From an uncultured Gemmatimonadales bacterium (GTDB lineage: Bacteria; Gemmatimonadota; Gemmatimonadetes; Gemmatimonadales; GWC2-71-9), in the NCBI GenBank assembly GCA_963844035.1, contig CAWJMT010000031.1, positions 32,001 to 96,000 of the forward strand: a stretch of 64,000 bases of DNA, given 5' to 3'. The notes below the pieces were generated by a model. It did no database searches. It was not told where the DNA came from and worked only from the letters and a program-made list of their open reading frames with translations. How positions within the stretch are numbered: position 1 is the stretch's first letter; each line of letters starts with the position of its first letter. The position numbers and the translations under genes were made by a program. Positions 55,068-64,000 of the stretch are shown piece after piece.

Positions 55068-56086
55068 GCGAACCGCTGCTCCGCGTGCGCGACCTCAAGA
55101 CCTACTTCGTCACCGACCGCGGGGGCGGCACCGCGCGCGCCGTCGACGGAGTGTCGTTCGACCTGTATCCCGGCGAGACCCTCGGGATCGTGGGCGAATC
55201 GGGGTGCGGCAAGACGGTCACGTCGCTGTCGATCTTGCGGCTCATCCCTGAGCCCCCCGGACACATCCGCCCGGGCAGCTTGATCGAGCTGGAAGGCCGT
55301 CACCTGCTGACGCTCGCGCCCAAGGACCTGCGCGCCGTGCGCGGCAACGAGATCGCGATGGTGTTCCAGGAGCCGATGACCTCGCTGAACCCGGTGTTCA
55401 CGATCGGCGATCAGATCGCCGAGGTCGCGATTGTGCACCAGCATCTGTCCCGCAAGGCGGCCCGCGCGCGCGCGATCGAAATGCTCACCCTCGTCGGCAT
55501 GCCCGAGCCGGAGACGCGGGTGGACTACTACCCCCACCAGATGTCGGGCGGGATGCGGCAGCGCGCCATGATTGCGATGGCGCTGGTGTGCCACCCCAAG
55601 GTATTGATCGCCGACGAACCGACCACCGCGCTCGACGTGACGATCCAGGCGCAGATCCTCGAGCTGCTCGACCGGTTGCAGGCCGAGCTGGGCATGGGGG
55701 TGCTGCTGATCGCGCACGATCTCGGCGTGGTGGCGGGCACCGCCGACCGCGTGCTCGTGATGTACGCCGGGCAAGTCGTCGAGACGGCGTCTACCATCGA
55801 GCTGTTCGCGCGTCCCAAGCATCCCTACACCGAGGGGTTGCTGGCGTCGATTCCGCGGCTCGACACGCCGCGCGGCCGCCTCAAGAGCATTCCCGGGCAG
55901 GTGCCCGCCGCGACCGACTGGCCGGCCGGCTGCCGGTTCCATCCGCGCTGCCCGTATGCCTGGGATCGCTGCACCACCGAGCAACCGCCGCTGCTCGATG
56001 CCGGCACCGGCGAGCCCGCGAGCCACATGGTGCGCTGCTGGCTGCTGGCAGAGCCGCAACGGCGCGACGTGAGTGTCCGCCGGTGA
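55064..56086 (+). CDS. Peptide ABC transporter ATPase (OppD/DppD-like)
   Basis: [42 protein letters not shown]. Confidence 0.93.
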   Translation: MSEPLLRVRDLKTYFVTDRGGGTARAVDGVSFDLYPGETLGIVGESGCGKTVTSLSILRLIPEPPGHIRPGSLIELEGRHLLTLAPKDLRAVRGNEIAMVFQEPMTSLNPVFTIGDQIAEVAIVHQHLSRKAARARAIEMLTLVGMPEPETRVDYYPHQMSGGMRQRAMIAMALVCHPKVLIADEPTTALDVTIQAQILELLDRLQAELGMGVLLIAHDLGVVAGTADRVLVMYAGQVVETASTIELFARPKHPYTEGLLASIPRLDTPRGRLKSIPGQVPAATDWPAGCRFHPRCPYAWDRCTTEQPPLLDAGTGEPASHMVRCWLLAEPQRRDVSVRR

Positions 56087-57078
56087 GCGAAGCGGCACCG
56101 CTCGTCGTCGTCGAGGATCTGGTGAAGGAGTTTCCCGCCACGCGTGGGCTGTGGGGCTTCGGCCGGCCCCGCGGGACGGTGCGCGCCGTGGACCACGTCT
56201 CGTTCCGGATCGCACCAGGCCAAACGCTCGGCCTGGTGGGCGAATCGGGGTGCGGCAAATCCACGGTGGCGCGCACCGTGCTGCGGTTGCTCGAGCCCGA
56301 CTCGGGCCGCGTGGTGGTGGACGGCGCCGACGTGCTCGCGCTGCGGCCCGCGGAGCTGCGGGCGCTGCGGCGGCGGATGCAGATCGTGTTCCAGGATCCC
56401 TACGGGTCGCTCAATCCACGCATGACCGTACGCCAGACCTTGGTCGAGCCGCTCGTGATCCACGGGCTGGCGAGCGGCCGCGGACGCCAGGCACGGGTGG
56501 CGGCGCTGCTCGAGGAGGTGGGTCTGGACCGCCAGCTCGCCGACAGCTACCCGCATGAGCTGTCGGGCGGGCAACGCCAGCGTGTCGGGATCGCGCGCGC
56601 CCTGTCGGTGCAGCCCAAGTTTCTCGTGCTGGACGAGCCGGTGAGCGCGCTCGACGTGTCGGTGCAAGCGCAGGTCTTGAACCTGCTCTCGGACCTGCAG
56701 CAACGCCACCATCTCACCTATCTCTTCATCGCGCACGACCTCGCGGTGGTGAAATACAGCGCCGACCACGTGGCCGTGATGTATCTCGGCAAGATCGTCG
56801 AGCAGGCGCCGGCGCCGGTGTTGTACAAGGCCCCGCGCCATCCGTACACGAAATCGCTGCTCTCGGCAGTCCCGATCCCCGACCCGCGCGTCGAGCGCCA
56901 GCGCATCGTGCTCACGGGCGACGTGCCGTCTCCGTCGAACCCGCCGCCGGGATGCGCATTTCATCCCCGCTGCCCCCATCCGAAAAAGGACGCGCGCTGC
57001 AGTACGGAGGTACCAGCGTTGCGGCAGGTCGCACCGGGGCAGGTGGCGGCGTGTCATTTTGCTGAGAGTCCGATGTAA
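56083..57078 (+). CDS. Peptide ABC transporter ATPase (OppF/DppF-like)
   Basis: [46 protein letters not shown] start overlaps the previous stop. Confidence 0.93.
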   Translation: MSEAAPLVVVEDLVKEFPATRGLWGFGRPRGTVRAVDHVSFRIAPGQTLGLVGESGCGKSTVARTVLRLLEPDSGRVVVDGADVLALRPAELRALRRRMQIVFQDPYGSLNPRMTVRQTLVEPLVIHGLASGRGRQARVAALLEEVGLDRQLADSYPHELSGGQRQRVGIARALSVQPKFLVLDEPVSALDVSVQAQVLNLLSDLQQRHHLTYLFIAHDLAVVKYSADHVAVMYLGKIVEQAPAPVLYKAPRHPYTKSLLSAVPIPDPRVERQRIVLTGDVPSPSNPPPGCAFHPRCPHPKKDARCSTEVPALRQVAPGQVAACHFAESPM

Positions 57079-57126
57079 GCAGGCGGGTGGGCGGGCAGGC
57101 GGGCAGAGAATTCCGAGGATGGTGAT

Positions 57127-57234
57127 ATGGGACTACCTGCACAGCGATTCGCTGCGATGCTCCGGGACCCGCAATTCTGGGTTCCCGTCGTCGTACTCGT
57201 CGCCGGTCTTCTGGTGCTGCAGTGGATCCGGTAG
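57127..57234 (+). CDS. Small single-TM peptide, 35 aa
   Basis: Not in the ORF track. MGLPAQRFAAMLRDPQFWVPVVVLVAGLLVLQWIR*; GAGG/GGTG upstream; overlaps the transporter start. Confidence 0.55.
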   Translation: MGLPAQRFAAMLRDPQFWVPVVVLVAGLLVLQWIR

Positions 57235-58507
57235 CGGCCGTTCCGGTCGACGCAGCGCGGCTGCGACGGCTGCAGCTCGTCGGATTGGCGAGCGGGTTCA
57301 CCGCGGGCGCCTGGCTCGGCGCCGCCGAGGCGCCCACCAAGATGGTCACGCTCGGCATTTCGCCGGTCGTCATTTCGCTCATGATGGTGGTCGGCGTGTT
57401 TCTCGCCCGCTGGAGCGTGCCCGCACTGCTGCGCGGCACGGCCGCGATCGGCGCGACGTGCGCCAGGCGCCGCACCTCGTGGTGTGGGCGGTGTTGGCGG
57501 GCTGTCTCTGGGCGGTGGCCAACACGCTCACGATCTTCGCGATCAAGGACATCGGACTGTCGATCGCGTTTCCGCTGTGGAACGCCAACAGCCTGCTCGG
57601 CATCCTGTGGGGGTTCGTGTTTTTCAACGAGCTGCGGGGTGCGGGGCGGGCGCGCTGGGCGGGAGTGCTGGGTGGTGCGCTCGTGATGTTCGCGGGCGCG
57701 TGGCTGCTCGCGACCGCATCGTCGGCGCATGCGACCGGTGGTCATGCGGCGCGCGGGGTGGCGGCGGCGCTCGCGGCCGGCGTGATGTGGGGGACGATGT
57801 ACATCCCCTACCGCAAAGCCTACCTCACCGGCATGAACCCGCTTTCGTTCGTCACGTTTTTCACGTTCGGCGAGCTGGGGATGATGGGCGCCATCGCCGT
57901 GGCCGACCGCGGCGGCGTGGCGCCGCTCGTCGCCGAGCTGGTGCGGGCGCGCGACGTGCTGTTCTGGCTGTTGTGCGGCGGGTTCGTGTGGGTCGTGGGC
58001 GATCTGTTTCAACAATACGCCGCCAAGTATGTCGGGATCAGCCGCGGCATTCCCCTTTCCAACACCAACCAGCTCTGGGGCCTCGCCTGGGGCGTGCTGG
58101 TGTTCGGCGAGCTGCAGGGGACGGGCACGGCCCTGCCGCAGGTGATCGGCGGCTCGCTGCTCATGGCGGCGGGGGCGGCGGCGATCGCGTTCGCCACCGC
58201 GACGGCCGGCGAGCACCGCCGTTGGCAGGATGCCGCGAGCCGTGAGGGCGCGCGCTACGCGATCGATCCTGCGTTCACCCGCGCCGCGCTCTCCGGTGAG
58301 GCGAGCGGTGGACCCCGCCACAAGCGTAGCTGGCTCGATTGGAGCATCATGCTCGCTGCCACCGCGGTGTTTGTCGGATTCGCGCTGGTGGCTCGGGTGC
58401 CCGAGCTGGCGGTCCACGGTGGGCCGCTCATCGCGCTCGTGGTGGCGTCGGTCGCGTTGCTCGCAGGGGCGGGATACGGGTTGTGGAAGGTGACGGGATT
58501 CAACTGA
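57222..58507 (+). CDS. DMT superfamily GRP-type (GlcU/RbsU-like) sugar transporter (frameshift near 57460)
   Basis: Two DMT repeats: IGLSIAFPLWNANSLLGILWGFVFFNEL and VGISRGIPLSNTNQLWGLAWGVLVFGEL; about 12 TM. Confidence 0.8.
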
Positions 58508-59788
58508 TGAAATTCCTCTTCGTCTCGATCGACGGCTTGATTGCCGACATCGCCTGGCAGGTCGTCAAGGAAGACCATTCCGTCAAGCTCTTCATCGAAT
58601 CGGAGAGCCAGCGCGAGATCGCCGACGGCTTCGTCCCTAAGTCCCTCGACTGGGAGCGCGACGTGGCGTGGGCCGACGTGGTGGTGTTCGACGATGTGCT
58701 GGGCCATGGGACCAAAGCGGCCCGGGTGCGCGCGACCGGAAAGCTCGTGGTCGGCGGCACGCCCTATAGTGATAAACTCGAAGATGACCGGGCGTTCGGG
58801 CAGCAGGAGCTGAAAAACGCCGGTGTCAGCATCATTCCGCAAGACAACTTCACCTCGTTCGCCGACGCCATCGCCTTTGTGAAGGCCAACCCGCAGCGCT
58901 ACGTGATCAAGCCGAGCGGCGAGGCACAGAATCTCAAGCAGCTGCTGTTCGTGGGCGAGGACGAAGACGGCAAGGACGTGATTCAGGTACTGGAAGACTA
59001 CCAGCGCGCCTGGGCGGATCGCATCAAGGCGTTCCAGCTGCAGCGCCGCATTGTGGGCGTCGAGGTGGCGGCGGGCGCGTTCTTCAACGGCACGGAATTC
59101 GTGCTGCCGATCAGCATCAACTTCGAGCACAAGAAGCTGTTCCCGGGCGACATCGGACCGTCCACCGGGGAGATGGGCACGACGATGTTCTGGAGCGCAC
59201 CCACCCGCATCTTCAACGCGACGCTCAAGAAGATGGAAAGCCGGCTGCGGGAGGAGCACTACGTCGGCTACATCGATGTGAACTGCATCGTCAACTCGAA
59301 CGGGATCTATCCGCTCGAGTTCACCGCGCGGTTCGGCTATCCCACGATCAGCATCCAGCAGGAAGCGATGCTGACGCCGATGGGAGAATTCCTGCACGGG
59401 CTGGCCGAGGGCTCGCTCAAGACCTTCAAGCCCCGCAGCGGGTTCCAGGTCGGCGTGCGCATCGTGGTCCCGCCGTTCCCGTTCAACGACCGCGAGACGT
59501 TCGAGAAGAACTCGAAGGACGCGGTGATCATCTTCAAGAAGCCCGGCCGCGACGGCGTCCACATCGAAGATGTGAAAGCGGTGAACGACGAGTGGGTCGT
59601 GACCGGGAACGTCGGGGGTGGTGCTGGTCGTGGTGGGCCTGGGTTCAACGATGAAAGCCGCGCAGCGCCAGGCCTACAGCCGGATCGACAACATCATGAT
59701 CCCGAACATGTACTATCGCAAGGATATCGGGGACCGGTGGTTCGAGGACTTCGACCGCCTGCACACCTGGGGGTATCTGCGCGACTAG
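58507..59788 (+). CDS. PurD (GAR synthetase)-like ATP-grasp enzyme, atypical type (frameshift near 59610)
   Basis: LEDDR, YVIKP, EHKKLFPGDIGPSTGEMG, LEFTARFGYP, C-terminal YYRKDIG in the shifted frame; TGATG coupling to the transporter. Confidence 0.8.
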
Positions 59789-59832
59789 AGACAGCGGCAA
59801 TGAACTGGCGCACAACCTTCCGGAGGTGATAC

Positions 59833-60282
59833 GTGGGGGACGGCTTCCGCTCGACCGTGCTGCGTTGGATCCTGGTTGGAATTCCGGCCGTGCTCCTCGG
59901 CATCCAGTTTGTGCCCGTGAACCGAACCAATCCGCCGGTCGAGGCCGAGGTTCCCGCGCCGGAGAACGTGCGAACCATCTTACGGCGGGCCTGCTATGAT
60001 TGCCACTCCAATGAAACGACCTGGCCTTGGTACAGTCGGGTCGCCCCCTTCTCTTGGCTGGTCGCGCGGGACGTCATCGAGGGGCGTGAGGAGCTGAACT
60101 ACTCCACCTGGAATCGCGTCAGCACGCAGGAGCAGGTCAAGAAACTGAAAGAGAGCTGGGATGAAGTCGCGGAGGGGGAAATGCCCCCTTGGACCTACTT
60201 GATCATCCACCGCGACGCAACGCTGTCGGCCGAGGATCGCACAGCGCTGCGCCTGTGGGCGTCGGGGCCGATGGCCAAGTAG
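59833..60282 (+). CDS. Haem-binding (Haem_bd) c-type cytochrome domain protein
   Basis: N-terminal TM, RTNPP, CYDCHS, WPWYSRVAP, GREELN, GEMPP..Y..IH. Confidence 0.88.
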   Translation: MGDGFRSTVLRWILVGIPAVLLGIQFVPVNRTNPPVEAEVPAPENVRTILRRACYDCHSNETTWPWYSRVAPFSWLVARDVIEGREELNYSTWNRVSTQEQVKKLKESWDEVAEGEMPPWTYLIIHRDATLSAEDRTALRLWASGPMAK

Positions 60283-60425
60283 CGCGGATGGCGCCGATTC
60301 CATGCTTTCCCCTCCGGATGGACTGGCCGAACGCCCCCTTGAGATTGGCTTGAGAGCCAGGGGCGACCGTGGTCCTGAGCCCAAAGCAGGTACTGCCGGC
60401 CCATGGACCCCGGAGGAAAGAGCCA

Positions 60426-61071
60426 ATGAAGCGGACGATCACCTTCCTCGCCTCGACCCCCTTCCTGCTCGCCGCGTGCGGCTTGGCGACGAAGGGACCG
60501 CCGGCGGGACACGAGAAGATGATGACGGGGTTCTCGTGTACTGAGAGCATGGCGGCTCCAATACTCGATCTGCTGGGCGGCTTGGCCGGCATCTGGGTCG
60601 TGGGAGAGGCCGAAAAGCTCGACGAAGGCTATCCGAAGTCCGACGCGGGGACGTACTGGTCCATCGCCTTTGGCGGAATCTATGGAGTCTCTGCCGTCGT
60701 CGGTTTCGATCGGGTAACGAGATGCCGCGAGGCCAAGCGAGACCTCAGGGCACGGCAGGCCGAGGCAGCCGCCGCTGTGGCCGCCCGCAGGCGCAGCGCG
60801 GACCTCATCGCCGTTCAGAAGGTGCTGATCACGGGCGGCCGCGACACGATGACGGTGGGAGAGCGGACGCAGCTCGTCGCGACCGCGTACGACTCGACCG
60901 GCGCCGTGATCGTCGACAAGATGTTCGCGTGGTCGTCCTCGAACGACACGATCGCCTCCGTCACCACCGACGGGCGTCGTGCGGGCGCTGGAAGTCGGCA
61001 CCGCGGTGATCACGGCGAACGCGGGCAACGTGACCGGGACGGCGAAAGTCGTTGTGGTGCCGGACCGATGA
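60426..61071 (+). CDS. Lipoprotein with C-terminal Ig-like (Big_2) domain, paralog 1 (frameshift near 60975)
   Basis: GGAGG RBS; MKRTITFLASTPFLLAAC lipobox; VGERTQLVAT..WSSSNDTIASV..G; shifted frame ends VGTAVITANAGNVTGTAKVVVVPDR*. Confidence 0.75.
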
Positions 61072-61688
61072 AGCGCACGATCGTCTTCCTCGCCTCGACC
61101 CCCTTCCTGCTCGGCGCGTGCGGCCTGGCGATGACGCAGGGCCCGCCGGCAGGACACGAGAGCATGCCATCGTTCCAATGTACTGAGGACCGGAGGGGCC
61201 CCGCGCTCGACATCGTTCTCGTCGTGTGGAACACCCTTCTTCTTACCAGCAGCGCCGCAAGGAACCAGCTCGGTTCTGGTGAACAGGCCGCGTTGGCTAT
61301 CGGGACGGCCATTGCCGCAATCTCCGCCGGCGTAGGCTTCGACCGGACACGTCGATGCATCAAGGCTAAGGGACAGCTCGCGGTACGGCAGGCCGAGGTG
61401 GCCGCCGCCCGCAGGCGCGCCCTCGACCTTATAGCCGTTCAGAGAGTCCTGATCACGGGCGCCCGGGACACAATGACGGTGGGAGAGTGGACGCAGCTCG
61501 TCGCGACCGCGTACGACTCGAGCGGCGCCGCAATCGTCGACAAGACATTCACCTGGTCGTCCTCGAACGACACGGTTGCTTTCGTCCGCCCCGACGGCAT
61601 CCTGGAGGCGGAGGGACCTGGCACCGCGGTGATCACGGCGCAGGCGGCCAACGGCCTTGGCACGGCGAGTCTCGTGGTACTGCCATGA
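61068..61688 (+). CDS. Lipoprotein with C-terminal Ig-like (Big_2) domain, paralog 2
   Basis: MKRTIVFLASTPFLLGAC; near-identical ends to paralog 1; ATGA coupling. Confidence 0.78.
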   Translation: MKRTIVFLASTPFLLGACGLAMTQGPPAGHESMPSFQCTEDRRGPALDIVLVVWNTLLLTSSAARNQLGSGEQAALAIGTAIAAISAGVGFDRTRRCIKAKGQLAVRQAEVAAARRRALDLIAVQRVLITGARDTMTVGEWTQLVATAYDSSGAAIVDKTFTWSSSNDTVAFVRPDGILEAEGPGTAVITAQAANGLGTASLVVLP

Positions 61689-61729
61689 AGCGAACGCCAA
61701 CGGGTGAAACCACCAACAAGGAGCTCCAC

Positions 61730-62267
61730 GTGGCATCGATCACACGTTTCCTCTACGCAGCGTTGGTCGTCCCGACCCTAGCCTTCGCCCAGGGGAAGCC
61801 AGTTGTGGAGATTGGCACCGACCTTGGTCTCACGATCCTGAGCAGCGGCGGCGAGTCGTATACCCTCTTTAACATCCCGGGCCAAGGAATCCTCGGCCAG
61901 CCCACGATTCGTGCTACGTTTTTTGCCGGTCGGTCCCTCACCATAGAGCCGCAGCTCGCGCTCACATGGCTTTCGGGCGACGGCGGGACCCAGACACGAG
62001 TGGGCCTGGGCGGACAGATCGGCTATCTCTTCAACGGCTCTACCGCAAAGTCGTTTTATTTGGCTGGATCTCTGGCTTATTACTCAATCTCCGACGAGAT
62101 CACCGACGGCGACTTTGGGGTTGGGTGGCAAGCTAGGGGTTCGCGTACCGTGGGGCTCCAGTGTTGGCGTGCGGTTCGAGGGCGGCTACCGCCGATGGTT
62201 CGATCACGAAATCAATGAGATCACACTCGGCGTTGGAGTGGGGGGCATCGTCCATCGCACTAACTGA
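61730..62267 (+). CDS. Outer-membrane beta-barrel-like protein (frameshift near 62125)
   Basis: AAGGAG RBS, signal ending AFAQ, alternating strands, RFEGGYRRWF...TLGVGVG. Confidence 0.65.
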
Positions 62268-62333
62268 AGCGCCGCGCCCTCGACAGGCGCGGGAATCCTC
62301 GACATGATCACTGGGCGAGAAGGGAGGGTACCG

Positions 62334-62813
62334 ATGCAGATCGAGGCACGCCTGGCCGCCGCGGGACTCACGCTCCCGAGGCCAGTAGTGCAGCCGGGCC
62401 CCACGAAGGTGCCGGTGGCCTGGGTCCGCCTGGCGGGCCATCGGGCCCACGCATCCGGCCATGGTCCGCTCGCCCCCGACGGATCCCTTGCGCTACCGCT
62501 CGGGCGGGTCGGCGCGGAGGTCACGCTCGAACAGGCGCAGCACGCCGCCGAGCTCGCGCTCCTCGCGCTGCTCGGCAGCCTGCAGCGGTGCATCGGCGAC
62601 CTGGATCGGGTGACGGCCTGGTTGACTATCTCGGCCTTCGTCCGCGTCGCGCCGGGGTTTACTGAAACGCCGGCGGTGCTGAACGGTGCGTCGGCCCTGC
62701 TGCTGCAGCTCTTCGGGCCGAAGGCCGGCGGCCACACCCGCACTGCCATCGGCGTGGCCGACCTGCCGCTCGGTGTGCCGGTGGTGGTCGCTGCCGAGGT
62801 AGAGATCGCCTAA
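62334..62813 (+). CDS. RidA/YjgF family protein
   Basis: SGHGP, GRVGAEVT, GDLDRV, LNGAS, GGHTRTAIGVADLP. Confidence 0.88.
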   Translation: MQIEARLAAAGLTLPRPVVQPGPTKVPVAWVRLAGHRAHASGHGPLAPDGSLALPLGRVGAEVTLEQAQHAAELALLALLGSLQRCIGDLDRVTAWLTISAFVRVAPGFTETPAVLNGASALLLQLFGPKAGGHTRTAIGVADLPLGVPVVVAAEVEIA

Positions 62814-63270
62814 CGAGCAGGGGTCGGCGCCGTCCTTCAACACATCTCCCAGCACCCGCACCAACGCCGCCAGCGTAAACGGCTTGACCAGCACCGGAGT
62901 CGCCGGTGAGGCCGGCACCCGGGCCAGGACCACCGGATCCGTGTACCCCGACATGTAAATCACCTCTGGATGGAGCCCGCGGACGGCCAGGCGCTTGATC
63001 AACCCTGGGCCGTCCAGCTCCGGCATGACCACGTCGGTGAGAACCAGGTCGATTCGCTGCGGGCAGGTGTCGACCACCGCGAGCGCCTCCAGACCGTTTT
63101 CCGCGGTCAGCACGGAAAAGCCGATACTGAGAAGCAAGCGCGCGATTGCGGGCCGTAACGTATCGTCGTCCTCCACGACGAGGATCAATCTCGCCGTGTC
63201 CCGGAAGGACCGGGGACACGGGGGCGCCCCCCTCTGGCGGTGTCGTCGGTCGGGGCCTATGGTCTGTCAA
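62810..63270 (-). CDS. Stand-alone response regulator receiver (ends uncertain; frameshift near 63190)
   Basis: ILVVEDD, LVLTDVVMP, YMSGY, KPF; TTG 63270 with GGAGGT RBS. The long C-terminal run of the listed ORF over ridA is probably not real. Confidence 0.75.
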
Positions 63271-63387
63271 CAGGGGACCTCCCAGCGATGATGCTGCGTT
63301 GTTGTAAGGGCTTCTAGCTGGGACACTAGCGAGCACGCCGCAAGCGATGCCAATACCGATTAGCTGGGGTTCCCATGCGCGACGCGC

Positions 63388-64000
63388 ATGGCAGAAAATG
63401 GAGCGTCCGTCTCGGTGGACTTGCGGGATCTGCAGTATTTCGTCGCGGTTGCGATCACGGGGAACTTGAGTCGCGCGGCCCGCGAAGCGCGCGTCGCACA
63501 GCCGGCGCTCTCCCGTCACGTCCGACGGCTCGAGCGCGAGTTGGGCGTCACCCTGCTCACCCGCCATCCCAAAGGCGTCACGCTGACTCCCGCCGGCGCG
63601 TCGTTCGCGCAGGGAGCCCAGGAGTTGCTGCACGGCGCGGCGGCATCGCTCGACCGTGCCGCCGCGACGGCCGCAGGGCACCGCGGCAGGGTGGTCCTGA
63701 GCGCCACGCTGGCGGCGATCGCGCGCGGGTTCCCCACGGCGGTGCAGGACTCGCTGCGCCAGGATCATCCCGAAATCACCGTCGCCATCCAGGACTTCGA
63801 CCCGCCGGACTCGTGGGAAACGGTCGCGGATGGAAGAGCGGACATCGCGGTCTGCCTGGAGCATGGGCGCGCTACGCCGGGCTCATCGCCGAGCCGCTCT
63901 GGGTCGAGACGCTGGATCGCGCCATCGTGCCCCGTGACCATCCCCTGGCGACTCGCGGCACCGTGTCGCTCCCCGAATTCGGAACCCTGCCCTTCATTTT
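63388..64000 (+). CDS. LysR-family transcriptional regulator (partial; frameshift near 63870)
   Basis: Manual translation: DLRDLQYFVAVAITGNLSRAAREARVAQPALSRHVRRLERELGVTLLTRHPKGVTLTPAG. Confidence 0.9.
   Translation, partial: MAENGASVSVDLRDLQYFVAVAITGNLSRAAREARVAQPALSRHVRRLERELGVTLLTRHPKGVTLTPAGASFAQGAQELLHGAAASLDRAAATAAGHRGRVVLSATLAAIARGFPTAVQDSLRQDHPEITVAIQDFDPPDSWETVADGRADIAVCLEHGRATPGSSPSRSGSRRWIAPSCPVTIPWRLAAPCRSPNSEPCPSF

Noticed and set aside
60369..61688. Single 439-aa ORF with an internal duplication
   Set aside because: Better explained as two ATGA-coupled paralogues joined by a frameshift near 60975; the second has its own signal peptide.
62493..62810. C-terminal extension of the receiver ORF
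   Set aside because: It overlaps ridA antisense with non-protein-like sequence; likely a missed stop caused by an indel.

Overview
High-GC bacterial chromosomal segment. Gene content and order suggest Gemmatimonadota, which is an inference and is not proven here. Most of it is core genome: glpK (partial), mtnA, an enoyl-CoA hydratase, dciA-gyrB, a pyrimidine nucleoside phosphorylase, ligA, tldD/pmbA, an acyl-CoA ligase, folE, HU, coaE, gcvH/gcvP, a lipoate ligase and a five-gene peptide ABC transporter. More than 20 genes, including the essential ligA, are split by single-base frameshifts. These are most likely long-read or assembly indels, so many listed ORFs are fragments and I give reconstructed spans. 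Main points of interest: (1) a tightly coupled operon carrying the full archaeal-style DNA end-resection set NurA-HerA-Mre11(SbcD)-Rad50(SbcC), with a lipoprotein gene embedded in it, a GNAT acetyltransferase downstream and two methyltransferases upstream; (2) a PTPS-II (CX5HGH)-FolE-SDR cluster that looks like a tetrahydrobiopterin-type pathway; (3) several families of 7- and 8-bp tandem micro-repeats, some forming inverted pairs and some inside coding sequences; (4) an atypical PurD-like ATP-grasp gene coupled to a sugar transporter and a 35-aa membrane peptide; (5) a degenerate DEAD-box/DbpA protein, CoaE with an extra C-terminal domain, a tandem lipoprotein pair, an island with a Vps62/NPP1-like lipoprotein, and many leaderless-type -10 boxes. 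No rRNA, tRNA, CRISPR array, integrase or transposase was recognised.
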